Virus record (IMG/VR): IMGVR_UViG_3300029136_000219
Coordinates: 56,475 to 120,474 of that record
Source: a virus
DNA length: 64,000 bases
Direction: 5' to 3' (one strand)
The position numbers and the translations under genes are program-made. Of the stretch, positions 47,468 through 54,123 are shown piece by piece. Each line of letters begins with the position of its first letter. The first letter of the stretch is position 1. The notes beneath the pieces were generated by a model. It was not told where the DNA came from. It saw only the letters and a list, made by a program, of their open reading frames with translations, and searched no databases.

Positions 47468-49264
47468 GTGCCGGAAAAAGAAAAAAAGAATCAATATATT
47501 TTATCAATGGGCTTAGAAATTAATGCTGATGATAAAATTTATCTTGATAAGTATTTTGAATTTGTAAGAAAAATGCAAAATTATTTTATTTCTTATCAGC
47601 TAAAAAAATATAACAAAATGGTAAGAGAAACAAATTATCAAGAATTAAAAATTCAAATTGATAATATTGATAAAGCTATTTCTAATTTTTACAGACAAAT
47701 TATAAACCGTCAAAAAGTTATTGATGAAGGTGAAATATCTAAATGTGAAATCACTTCATACAAGAATGAAATTGCAGAATTGAAAAAAGATATTTCTTCT
47801 TTGAAAAAAGAAAAATCAAAATATCAAAAGCAAATTTATGAACTTTTGAAAGAATACAGGTTTAGTGATTTAAGTTTTAAATCCGATGTAGCTATATTTG
47901 ACAAAATTGATTATTTCACAAAACCTTGTTACAAAACAAAGAATGGTAAGCTTGCAAGAGATAAAAATGGTAACAAAATTCCTATTCTCGATGAAAACGG
48001 AAATGTAAAAAGAAAATGTTTTGTCTCTTCATTAGTGAGAAAATATTCTATTGCTGCACCGATTTGGTCAGCATTTGATAAAAAGTTCAAGGAAAACGGT
48101 GCAGTCCATTTTAAAAGCTTTTTTAATAAAAAATCAGTCAGCTCTATTGCATTCCCAGTTGGTAATTCTTTCAAAGGTAACAATGCTTTTGTTATTCCTT
48201 CTGTAGGCAAAATAATTAAATATAAAATACCAAGAACCCAATACGAAAAGGAAGTATTTAACAAAGAAAATGTTAATGTTATCCGAATTAAAAGGATTTG
48301 GAAGAATACAAAATACAGCTATTCGGTTCAGTTTACTATAACAGGTGAACCTGTGTTAAGGAAAGACAAAGATAATTGTGTCAAACATCCACTTGGCACT
48401 GGTGTAGCAGGTGTAGGTATAAGTTTAAATGAATGTTGGATTTGCACTGAGAACACATTAAAAAGAGTTTCTTTAGTTCCACCTGATGCTTATGAGTTTG
48501 ATAATGAAATAAAACAAATTGAAAGAGCAATGGATAGAAGTAAGCGTGCTACTAATCCAAATAATTTTGATGAAAAGGGTAGGGCAAAGAGCTTTTACGA
48601 AACGCCTGACCCTGATAACCCAGACAAAATCATCAAGTCAAAGCTCCGTTGGAGATTTTCAAAGCATTACAGAAAACTAAGTCAAAGAAAAGCTTATTTG
48701 GAAGGTATTAATGCCAGAAAGCGTAAGCTTTATGACGAAAACCTTGTGAATGAATTATTGCTGTATTTCAATGAAATCAATATTCAAAAGAATGATTTCA
48801 AGAGAACTCAAATGAGTAAACAAAAAGTCGGTGACAGCGCCGATGAAAAGAAAAAGGCTGGTTTACATATTAAAGAAGCATCACCTTCACAGTTCGTTGA
48901 AATTCTTAAAAGAAAAGTCATCAGCCACGGTGGTAAAGTAAATATCATTACTAAAAAGGAATGTCAAGCAACAGAATTCAATCATATAGACGGTAAGTTC
49001 TATGATATGCCTGTTTCTAACAGGTGGTTTGGTATGAGTGATGGTAATGTTCTTCAAAGAGATGCTCATACGGCTTTTAATCTATTGACACTTAATGATA
49101 TAGAAAAAAGCAACAAACTTTATGATGACTTTTTAAAACAACATTCTGCCGAACTTGAAAAGTTTAATGTTGTTGCACCTGAACAGGTAAATATGGTTAC
49201 TTGCAGTCAGGCAAAAGAAAAAAGAAAGTCAGCAAGAAAAACAAAAAAGAAAAATATTGCATGA
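47468..49264 (+). CDS. TnpB/Cas12-like RuvC-fold protein (candidate compact type V effector)
   Basis: GTG after AAAGGAGG. C-terminal QRDAHTAFNLL matches the RuvC-III RDxNAAxNI motif. GVGISLNE occupies the RuvC-I GIDLG position, and NELLLYFNEINIQKND the RuvC-II position. Beta-rich WED-like block (NTKYSYSVQFTITGE). N-terminal coiled-coil. Degenerate zinc-finger region. Confidence 0.55.
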   Translation: MPEKEKKNQYILSMGLEINADDKIYLDKYFEFVRKMQNYFISYQLKKYNKMVRETNYQELKIQIDNIDKAISNFYRQIINRQKVIDEGEISKCEITSYKNEIAELKKDISSLKKEKSKYQKQIYELLKEYRFSDLSFKSDVAIFDKIDYFTKPCYKTKNGKLARDKNGNKIPILDENGNVKRKCFVSSLVRKYSIAAPIWSAFDKKFKENGAVHFKSFFNKKSVSSIAFPVGNSFKGNNAFVIPSVGKIIKYKIPRTQYEKEVFNKENVNVIRIKRIWKNTKYSYSVQFTITGEPVLRKDKDNCVKHPLGTGVAGVGISLNECWICTENTLKRVSLVPPDAYEFDNEIKQIERAMDRSKRATNPNNFDEKGRAKSFYETPDPDNPDKIIKSKLRWRFSKHYRKLSQRKAYLEGINARKRKLYDENLVNELLLYFNEINIQKNDFKRTQMSKQKVGDSADEKKKAGLHIKEASPSQFVEILKRKVISHGGKVNIITKKECQATEFNHIDGKFYDMPVSNRWFGMSDGNVLQRDAHTAFNLLTLNDIEKSNKLYDDFLKQHSAELEKFNVVAPEQVNMVTCSQAKEKRKSARKTKKKNIA

Positions 49265-49280
49265 CAGCAATGTTGATATA

Positions 49281-49427
49281 GGTAGACTTAGCTACCTAAA
49301 ACTACCGGTAAACGCATTTTTGTGTTTGGTAGTAATGAAATAATTAAGGTTAAGCAGTTAGTTGGTTTGCGTTTGTCAGAACTTAATAGAGCTGTTTGAC
49401 AAGATTATACAGTGTAATTAATTTGAG
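49281..49427 (+). promoter_or_regulatory. conserved structured leader 1 (~147 nt) with sigma70-like promoter TTGACA-17-TAATTT abutting the first repeat
   Basis: Three copies (49281, 50588, 51416) about 90% identical. Hairpin GGTAGacttagCTACC, which shows compensatory change to GGCTG/CAGCC in copy 2. Confidence 0.6.
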
Positions 49428-49529
49428 GTTTTGGTACTGTAGTAGATTACACTACTCTAAAAGAAATATATTGGGAGTGTCTGAAAAATCCATGTTTTGG
49501 TACTGTAGTAAATTACACTACTCTAATTA
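49428..49529 (+). CRISPR. mini CRISPR array 1 (2 repeats, 1 spacer)
   Basis: 36-bp repeat GTTTTGGTACTGTAGTAGATTACACTACTCTAAAAG. 30-bp spacer AAATATATTGGGAGTGTCTGAAAAATCCAT. Second repeat is degenerate at its 3-prime end. Confidence 0.7.
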
Positions 49530-49578
49530 CACCATTTGGTGTGTTTTATATAAAAAATAATTTAGGAGGAAAAAATAT

Positions 49579-49680
49579 ATGTCATTCAATATGGTTATGG
49601 TTATTATTTGTGCTGTAATTCTTGTTGCTTGCATTATTGCTCTTATTGTAAGAGGCATTAAGAGTAAGCGCAATAAGTAA
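49579..49680 (+). CDS. tiny membrane peptide (33 aa)
   Basis: TAGGAGGA RBS. MSFNMVMVIICAVILVACIIALIVRGIKSKRNK. Paralog at 53224. Confidence 0.4.
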   Translation: MSFNMVMVIICAVILVACIIALIVRGIKSKRNK

Positions 49681-49735
49681 TTAAGTACAAATACAGCATC
49701 CCCGGATACGCTGATTAAACATTATCCGGGAATGT

Positions 49736-49823
49736 GACAATGTAGTTTAACGGTAAAACACAAAAGTTGTTTTTTTGATCCTCCTTCGACTTTTGGATGT
49801 AAGTTCAAATCTTACCATTGCCA
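49736..49823 (+). tRNA. atypical tRNA-like gene (class-II-like long variable arm, anticodon loop GTTGTTT, no encoded CCA)
   Basis: Acceptor stem GACAATG/CATTGCC with one mismatch. D-stem GTTT/AAAC. Anticodon stem CAAAA/TTTTG. Variable arm ATCC...GGAT. T-arm GTAAG-TTCAAAT-CTTAC. Anticodon identity ambiguous. Confidence 0.4.
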
Positions 49824-49832
49824 ATAAGATAT

Positions 49833-49915
49833 GCTGATGTGATGGAATGGCAGACAGAAGAGACTTAAAATCTCTTGGTGGAAACATCGTGTGAGTTCGA
49901 CTCTCACCATCAGCA
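49833..49915 (+). tRNA. tRNA-Leu(TAA)
   Basis: Acceptor GCTGATG/CATCAGC. Anticodon stem-loop AGAGA-CTTAAAA-TCTCT. Long variable arm. T-arm GTGAG-TTCGACT-CTCAC. CCA encoded. Confidence 0.75.
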
Positions 49916-50266
49916 CCACTGCAGGGCCCAAGTGAAAGGTCTAAGAAGTTTCACAACGGTATAAGATATTTCTTGGCTGGTTTTTGCCGTGTGCTGGAAT
50001 GCACTGAATCAATAACCTTACAGACAGTATCAAAAAAGTTAGGACTTTTTGTATTGGAAGGGTTGCTGACCTTTCCGTAGTTTTTCTAATGATTTAAAGG
50101 AAGTTAAGCAAAAGTGTACATATTACTTTACTGAATTTAATCACCGTATTAACACGCTGATAGACAGTATTTCTCCCACAATTCGGGAAGTAAAGAGATC
50201 TATTGGTTGAAAGTAAATGGATACGGCAGAACAGTGCACATCTGCCGTATCACGATTATTAAATAC

Positions 50267-50338
50267 GCAGATATGATGTAATCGGTAGCATACAACTCTT
50301 CCACAGTTGGTGTGCGAGTTCAAACCTCGTTATCTGCT
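50267..50338 (+). tRNA. tRNA-Gly(TCC)
   Basis: Acceptor GCAGATA/TATCTGC. Anticodon stem-loop CAACT-CTTCCAC-AGTTG. T-arm GCGAG-TTCAAAC-CTCGT. CCA encoded. Confidence 0.75.
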
Positions 50339-50347
50339 CCAAAATAT

Positions 50348-50420
50348 TCTCCATTAGTTCAGAAGGTAGAACGGTAGACTGTTAATCTATATGTCATTGG
50401 TTCAAATCCAATATGGAGAG
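50348..50420 (+). tRNA. tRNA-Asn(GTT)
   Basis: Acceptor TCTCCAT/ATGGAGA. Anticodon loop CTGTTAA. T-arm ATTGG-TTCAAAT-CCAAT. CCA encoded. Confidence 0.75.
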
Positions 50421-50426
50421 CCAAAC

Positions 50427-50499
50427 GGACCGTTAGCTTAGTAGGTAAAGCAACCGGCTCATAACCGGTAAACCATGGGTTCAAATCCTATACGGTCCA
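50427..50499 (+). tRNA. tRNA-Met(CAT), elongator-type (or Ile-lysidine)
   Basis: Acceptor GGACCGT/ACGGTCC with base-paired 1:72. Anticodon stem-loop ACCGG-CTCATAA-CCGGT. CCA encoded. Confidence 0.75.
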
Positions 50500-50505
50500 C
50501 CATAT

Positions 50506-50578
50506 GTGTCATTAGCTCAGTAGGTAGAGCAACAGACTTTTAATTTGCAGGTCAAGGGTTCAATTCCCTTATGACACA
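50506..50578 (+). tRNA. tRNA-Lys(TTT)
   Basis: Acceptor GTGTCAT/ATGACAC. D-arm GCTCAGTAGGTAGAGC. Anticodon loop CTTTTAA. T-arm AAGGG-TTCAATT-CCCTT. CCA encoded. Confidence 0.75.
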
Positions 50579-50587
50579 CCACTTAAT

Positions 50588-50736
50588 AGGGCTGAATTAG
50601 CAGCCTGATGCTACTGGTAAACACATTTTTGTGTTTGGTAGTAATGAAATAATCAAGGTTAAGCAGTTAGTTGGTTTGCATTTGTCAGAACTCAATAGAG
50701 CTGCTTAACAAGATTATATAGTGTAATTAATTTGAG
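50588..50736 (+). promoter_or_regulatory. conserved structured leader 2 with promoter TTAACA-17-TAATTT
   Basis: See leader 1. Hairpin GGCTGaattagCAGCC. Second stem AAACAC/GTGTTT, where copy 1 has a G-U wobble. Confidence 0.6.
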
Positions 50737-50904
50737 GTTTTTGTACTGTAGTAAATTACACTACTCTAAAAGCGCCGCAGAATTGCTTCCACGGTGGTCT
50801 TTGTTTTGGTACTGTAGTAAATTACACTACTCTAAAAGGACAGCTACAGTTTTAGGCACGGTTTTCTTGTTTTTGTACTGTAGTAAATTACACTACTCTT
50901 AACG
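50737..50904 (+). CRISPR. mini CRISPR array 2 (3 repeats, 2 spacers)
   Basis: Repeats GTTTTTGTACTGTAGTAAATTACACTACTCTAAAAG, GTTTTGGTACTGTAGTAAATTACACTACTCTAAAAG and a degenerate terminal repeat ...CTCTTAACG. Spacers CGCCGCAGAATTGCTTCCACGGTGGTCTTT and GACAGCTACAGTTTTAGGCACGGTTTTCTT (30 bp each). Confidence 0.75.
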
Positions 50905-50967
50905 TTGTTTGTTTTGAGAAATGCAAGACAAAGAGTAGTAAATTTCATTTAAAAGAGGAAAAAATAA

Positions 50968-51408
50968 ATGCATTTAGATACAGCAGTAATATTTTTTATT
51001 GGTGTTCCTGTATATTTGCTAATGGCATTATTATCAAGAAAATTTGCGTATGTTGAAGCATCAATTGGATTGCTAATATGTTCAATTGTTAGCCTATTTA
51101 CAGAAAACACAGGAATAATTTGTTTGGTGATATATTTTGGACCATTCATTGTTTCAGCTATTATGAAACCAATAGAAAATAGGATAAATAAAAAGAAACA
51201 AGAAAAAGAATTGCATAAATTTGCGGATATGCAAAAAGGAAAGGTGGGTGTTATCCATGAATTAGAAGATGGCAACTTATATTTATTCCTCTCAGGTAGA
51301 TATTGGCAAATATCCGAACAGTCGAGAATTAAATATAATTGTGAGGAACAAGATGCCGTTAAGGTATTAGATATTAATACAGATAGACTTATCGTTAAGC
51401 CTATTTAG
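50968..51408 (+). CDS. membrane protein
   Basis: AAGAGGAAAAAA RBS. Three TM helices. Confidence 0.55.
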   Translation: MHLDTAVIFFIGVPVYLLMALLSRKFAYVEASIGLLICSIVSLFTENTGIICLVIYFGPFIVSAIMKPIENRINKKKQEKELHKFADMQKGKVGVIHELEDGNLYLFLSGRYWQISEQSRIKYNCEEQDAVKVLDINTDRLIVKPI

Positions 51409-51415
51409 TATATAT

Positions 51416-51563
51416 GGGTAGACTTAGCTACCTGAAACTACCGGTAAACGCATTTTTGTGCTTGGTAGTAATGAAATAATCGAGATTAAGCAGTTAGTTG
51501 GTTTGCATTCGTCAGAACTTAATAGAGCTGTTTGATAAGATTATGTAGTCGTAATAATTTGAG
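51416..51563 (+). promoter_or_regulatory. conserved structured leader 3 with promoter TTGATA-17-TAATTT
   Basis: See leader 1. Coordinates +/-1. Confidence 0.55.
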
Positions 51564-51727
51564 GTTTTAGAACCATATATAACTACACTACTCTAAAAGG
51601 ACGAGGCTTATGTTGATTTCGGCGGCACGGTTTTAGAACCATATATAACTACACTACTCTAAAAGGTCTGAGATAGTTGCAACAATAAAAAACTTTGGAA
51701 CTGTATTATATTACACTATTTTTTAAA
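51564..51727 (+). CRISPR. mini CRISPR array 3 (2 good repeats plus a degenerate third, 2 spacers)
   Basis: Repeat GTTTTAGAACCATATATAACTACACTACTCTAAAAG. Its 3-prime 18 nt are shared with arrays 1 and 2; the 5-prime part is divergent. Spacers GACGAGGCTTATGTTGATTTCGGCGGCACG and GTCTGAGATAGTTGCAACAATAAAAAACTT. Coordinates +/-1. Confidence 0.65.
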
Positions 51728-51744
51728 AAAAGGAGATAAAAATT

Positions 51745-52149
51745 ATGCTAAAAATTGCAAAACCAAACTTCTTCGTAAATGAAGAAAAGAGAACAATCGT
51801 TGGTAAGTTGATTATGCCGGATGATAAAGAATTATTTGATGTTGCTCAATTAGTTGACGAGGTTGACGAAGATTTCTGTTATGAAAATCTTAAAAATTCC
51901 TATGACTTTACTATTTTTGAAGCAAAGGCAAAGTGCTGCCCCGAAGACAAGTGGGATGTAGAAAAAGGAAAGGCCATTGTTAATGAACGATTGGGTAAAA
52001 TGATTATTCAAAGAGTTAAACGTCAGGCTAAAGAAGAAAGAACAAAAATTATTAATCGTATCAGTGAACTCGATGAAATCATAAAGCATTGTGATAAAAG
52101 CATCGACAATTCAAACAAACATATTGATAAAATTATCAAGGGGGAATAA
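51745..52149 (+). CDS. hypothetical protein
   Basis: AAGGAGATAA RBS. Confidence 0.55.
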   Translation: MLKIAKPNFFVNEEKRTIVGKLIMPDDKELFDVAQLVDEVDEDFCYENLKNSYDFTIFEAKAKCCPEDKWDVEKGKAIVNERLGKMIIQRVKRQAKEERTKIINRISELDEIIKHCDKSIDNSNKHIDKIIKGE

Positions 52150-52151
52150 TT

Positions 52152-53102
52152 ATGAGTTTAGCTAAGAAAGTATTATCGGTTGGTATTGCTTCTATTATGG
52201 CAATGTCAGCTATTGGAGTTGGCACTACTGCACTTGCCGAACCAATTAATTCTGTTCAGTCGGCTACTTCAATTTCACTAAATGAGAGTAAAACTGTGAC
52301 CTTGAAATATGGTGATATTGGTAATTATGATGACATCTCGGAAGATACTGTTTACTATAAGTTTACTGCTCCGACCACTAATTATTATGAATTTACCTTA
52401 ACAGGTTACAAGACAAGAATTGATAATAATGACCCAAGTGCTTATATTGATATAACAGATGAATATGGCGTCAATGCATCGTCAAGTGGGGGCTTATTTA
52501 ATCCGTATTTTAATGATGTAAAATCAATTGCCTATTTGGAACAAGGAAAGTCATATATAATCAATGTCTTTTACTCACCAATTGGTACTCAAGAGTACAA
52601 TTCAAAGGACTATGCCGAAACAGCAATTACACTAACTGTTTCTCCACATACACATGACATTACAAGTGTCGTTAATGACGGATATACAGACTACACCTGC
52701 AAGCGTTGCAATTATTCATATACCGAATTTAAACCGTTACCGACATCTCCTTCACAGCCTACACAGGCTCCTACAAGCACTGTTACTCCAATAACAGCAA
52801 GTAAGGTATCAAAGCCAAAAAAGACTAAAATTAAAAAGGTAAAGGCTGCTAAGAAGGCATTGGCAGTTACTTGGAATAAAGTATCCGGCGTAAAAGGTTA
52901 TCAAGTACAGGCTGCAACAGACAAAAAGTTCAAAAAGAACAAGAAAACTGTTACAATCAAGAAGCAAAAAACTACTAAGACAACCGTAAAGAAACTTAAA
53001 GCTAAGAAAAAGTATTACGTAAGAGTAAGAACTTACAAGACCATAAATGGAAAAAAGGTTTACTCGGCTTGGTCAAGTGTAAAAAATGTAAAAACTAAAT
53101 AG
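52152..53102 (+). CDS. secreted protein with C-terminal K-rich FN3 module
   Basis: Signal peptide. C-terminus KGYQVQAATDKKF...YYVRVRTYKTINGKKVYSAWS parallels the LRR protein tail. Confidence 0.65.
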   Translation: MSLAKKVLSVGIASIMAMSAIGVGTTALAEPINSVQSATSISLNESKTVTLKYGDIGNYDDISEDTVYYKFTAPTTNYYEFTLTGYKTRIDNNDPSAYIDITDEYGVNASSSGGLFNPYFNDVKSIAYLEQGKSYIINVFYSPIGTQEYNSKDYAETAITLTVSPHTHDITSVVNDGYTDYTCKRCNYSYTEFKPLPTSPSQPTQAPTSTVTPITASKVSKPKKTKIKKVKAAKKALAVTWNKVSGVKGYQVQAATDKKFKKNKKTVTIKKQKTTKTTVKKLKAKKKYYVRVRTYKTINGKKVYSAWSSVKNVKTK

Positions 53103-53117
53103 ACTTTTTTGTAAATC

Positions 53118-53160
53118 TAAAAAGCACCATAGAATTTTGATTTTCTATGGTGCTTTTTTA
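53118..53160 (+). terminator. rho-independent terminator
   Basis: AAGCACCATAGAAttttgattTTCTATGGTGCTT, then a T run. Confidence 0.7.
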
Positions 53161-53175
53161 TTTTTCTAAAAATAA

Positions 53176-53600
53176 AAAACTTGCGCGATATATATATTGA
53201 ACGAAGCAGTTAGGAGGAATGTTATGACACTTACAGGAAACATAATTTTGCTGATTGTATGTTCAATTACATTTATTGCAAGTTTGACGGCTCTCATTTT
53301 GAGAAGTGTCAAAAAACACAAAAAATGAAAAAATTTAATATTCAAAAATTTTAAAAAGTTGCGCGATATATAAAGTGAAAGGTGAATAACACTCATTTGA
53401 TATTAGAAATTTGGAGCTTGATTATAACCTTTCTGAAAATAAAAAAATTGCGCGATATAGAAAATGGTGAGGTTAAACCGCACTGGCGTAAATATCGTAT
53501 TGAAAATTATAAAAAATCAAATAGAACCTGCTTTGAGTGTATATTTTGAGGATTTGTATTTGATTTTATGAAAAAAAATTTTCTTGCGCGATATCTTAAG
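53176..53600 (+). repeat. four short promoter-like repeats (A/T-run + TTGCGCGATAT + A/T) within 430 bp
   Basis: Copies at about 53176, 53357, 53443 and 53578. Core shared with the long cassette (TTGCGATTTATATAG). Confidence 0.5.
53224..53328 (+). CDS. tiny membrane peptide (34 aa)
   Basis: AGGAGGAA RBS. MTLTGNIILLIVCSITFIASLTALILRSVKKHKK. Paralog of 49579. Confidence 0.4.
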   Translation: MTLTGNIILLIVCSITFIASLTALILRSVKKHKK

Positions 53601-53843
53601 TGACAGCACTAATAATCGAGCTGTTCAAAAGGCTGGATAAGCCGTTATTATGATTGTTTTAGTCTGAATATTACATAAAAATACTTGAATTAAAGGGCTT
53701 ATACAAACATTGTTATTTACTCTTCGGGCAAAAATAATTCACTTTTTTGATGATATCAGGCTTGAACATATATCTATTCAATGCATCTAAACAAAATACT
53801 ACTTTCCGCATTGGAAATCTAATGAAAGGAGAACATATAGTAC

Positions 53844-54011
53844 ATGAAAACTATTTTCGAGGAATACGGTACAGTAATCATCGTTGCAATTGCTATCGTT
53901 GCTCTTATTGCTATCGTAACATTTATCCTTGGCGATGACCAGATTAAGGGCAAGTTCAAGGATCTTGTAACAAGCTTCTTCAATCAGGTTAAGTTTGACG
54001 CAGCAGCTTAA
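53844..54011 (+). CDS. Flp-family pilin-like peptide (leaderless)
   Basis: MKTIFEEYGTVIIVAIAIVALIAIVTFILG resembles the Flp mature N-terminus (AIEYGLIAxxIAV...LG). AAAGGAG RBS. Confidence 0.55.
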   Translation: MKTIFEEYGTVIIVAIAIVALIAIVTFILGDDQIKGKFKDLVTSFFNQVKFDAAA

Positions 54012-54049
54012 TTAAATTGATTTGAAAAGGTTTTAAGTCTTGAACAGAC

Positions 54050-54097
54050 ACGTGCCACACCTTGTTTCTTGATGGACGAGGTGTGGCTTTTTCTTTG
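54050..54097 (+). terminator. hairpin (terminator/attenuator)
   Basis: GCCACACCttgtttcttgatggacgaGGTGTGGC, then a T run. Confidence 0.5.
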
Positions 54098-54123
54098 AAA
54101 ATGATTTTTGTGGGTGAATTTAT

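Noticed and set aside
47929-49069. Minus-strand ORFs 47929-48264 and 48887-49069
   Set aside because: Antisense within the TnpB/Cas12-like gene.
50141-50323. Minus-strand 60-aa ORF (TTG start) across the tRNA-cluster gap and tRNA-Gly
   Set aside because: It overlaps a tRNA gene, uses a TTG start and has no RBS. The region is better explained as non-coding.
50949-51275. Minus-strand ORF 50949-51275
   Set aside because: Antisense to a + strand membrane-protein gene that has a strong RBS.
49281-51563. Interpretation of the three 147-nt conserved elements as IS/MITE ends or transposon inverted repeats
   Set aside because: All three copies are in the same orientation and each is fused to a repeat-spacer array. 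There are no terminal inverted repeats or target-site duplications, and no transposase is adjacent to copies 2 and 3.
49428-51727. Interpretation of the repeat-spacer units as simple tandem or satellite repeats
   Set aside because: Intervening sequences are unique and non-homologous to each other, of constant 30-bp length. The repeats are exactly 36 bp, with a degenerate terminal copy at the leader-distal end. This is CRISPR-like behaviour.
53747-53938. + strand ORF 53747-53938 (Cys/Tyr-rich)
   Set aside because: It overlaps, in another frame, the Flp-like peptide gene 53844-54011. That gene has an AAAGGAG RBS and three paralogs downstream.
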